A DNA stretch of 64,000 nt from Lama guanicoe (Eukaryota), in assembly GCA_013239625.1 (NCBI GenBank), contig MU053561.1, positions 1,535,818-1,599,817 of the forward strand, in the 5' to 3' direction. The notes under the pieces were generated by a model. The model ran no database searches. It was not told the DNA's origin and saw only the letters and a program-made list of their open reading frames with translations. Shown in pieces: positions 63,855-64,000 of this stretch (positions within the stretch are counted from its first letter, which is position 1; every line of letters begins with the position of its first letter). The position numbers and the translations under genes were made by a program.

Positions 63855-64000
63855 CAGTAGCTCCCCCCTTGCCCATGGTTTCGATTATCATTCTGTAGCA
63901 GTGTCACAGTGCTTGTGTTCAAGCCTTATTTTACTTAATAACAGCCGCAAAGCACAAGAGTGGTGATGCCAGCAATTTGGATTTGCCAAAGAGAAGCTAT
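63855..64000 (+). mobile_element. Tigger7/MER44-like DNA transposon fragment (runs off window)
   Basis: TA followed by cagtagctcccccctt...; gcagtgtcacagtgcttgtgttcaag...ttattttacttaataa...aaagcacaagagtggtgatgcc.gcaatttggat.tgccaaagagaagc. Confidence 0.8.

Noticed and set aside
1..64000. Prokaryote-type systems (CRISPR arrays, operons, defence islands, rRNA/tRNA)
   Set aside because: Sequence is mammalian, repeat-rich and ORF-poor; no regularly spaced repeats or recognisable structural RNA genes were seen

Overview
Mammalian (placental) non-coding genomic DNA: intergenic or deep intronic, CpG-depleted, with no CpG island. I cannot identify any host protein-coding gene, RNA gene or CRISPR-type array. 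The only recognisable protein remnants are retrotransposon-derived: the LINE-1 ORF2 C-terminus at 26315-26521(-) and CR1/L3 reverse-transcriptase motifs at about 34700-34950(+). Much of the window is interspersed repeat: 5'-truncated LINE-1s (several with readable target-site duplications), ERV1-type and MaLR solo LTRs, old hAT and Tc1/mariner MITEs, and L2, MIR and CR1 remnants. The style of the young L1 3' ends and the lack of Alu, B1, Bov-A/BovB, PRE-1 or Can-SINE suggest a cetartiodactyl, most likely a camelid (inference). Repeat family names are from memory of consensus sequences, and boundaries of old repeats are approximate. The unique sequence holds several transcription-factor motif clusters, a few non-B DNA motifs and short splice-flanked segments on both strands that could be exons of an unrecognised transcript. 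I found no convincing novel biological system; the leads below are hypotheses.
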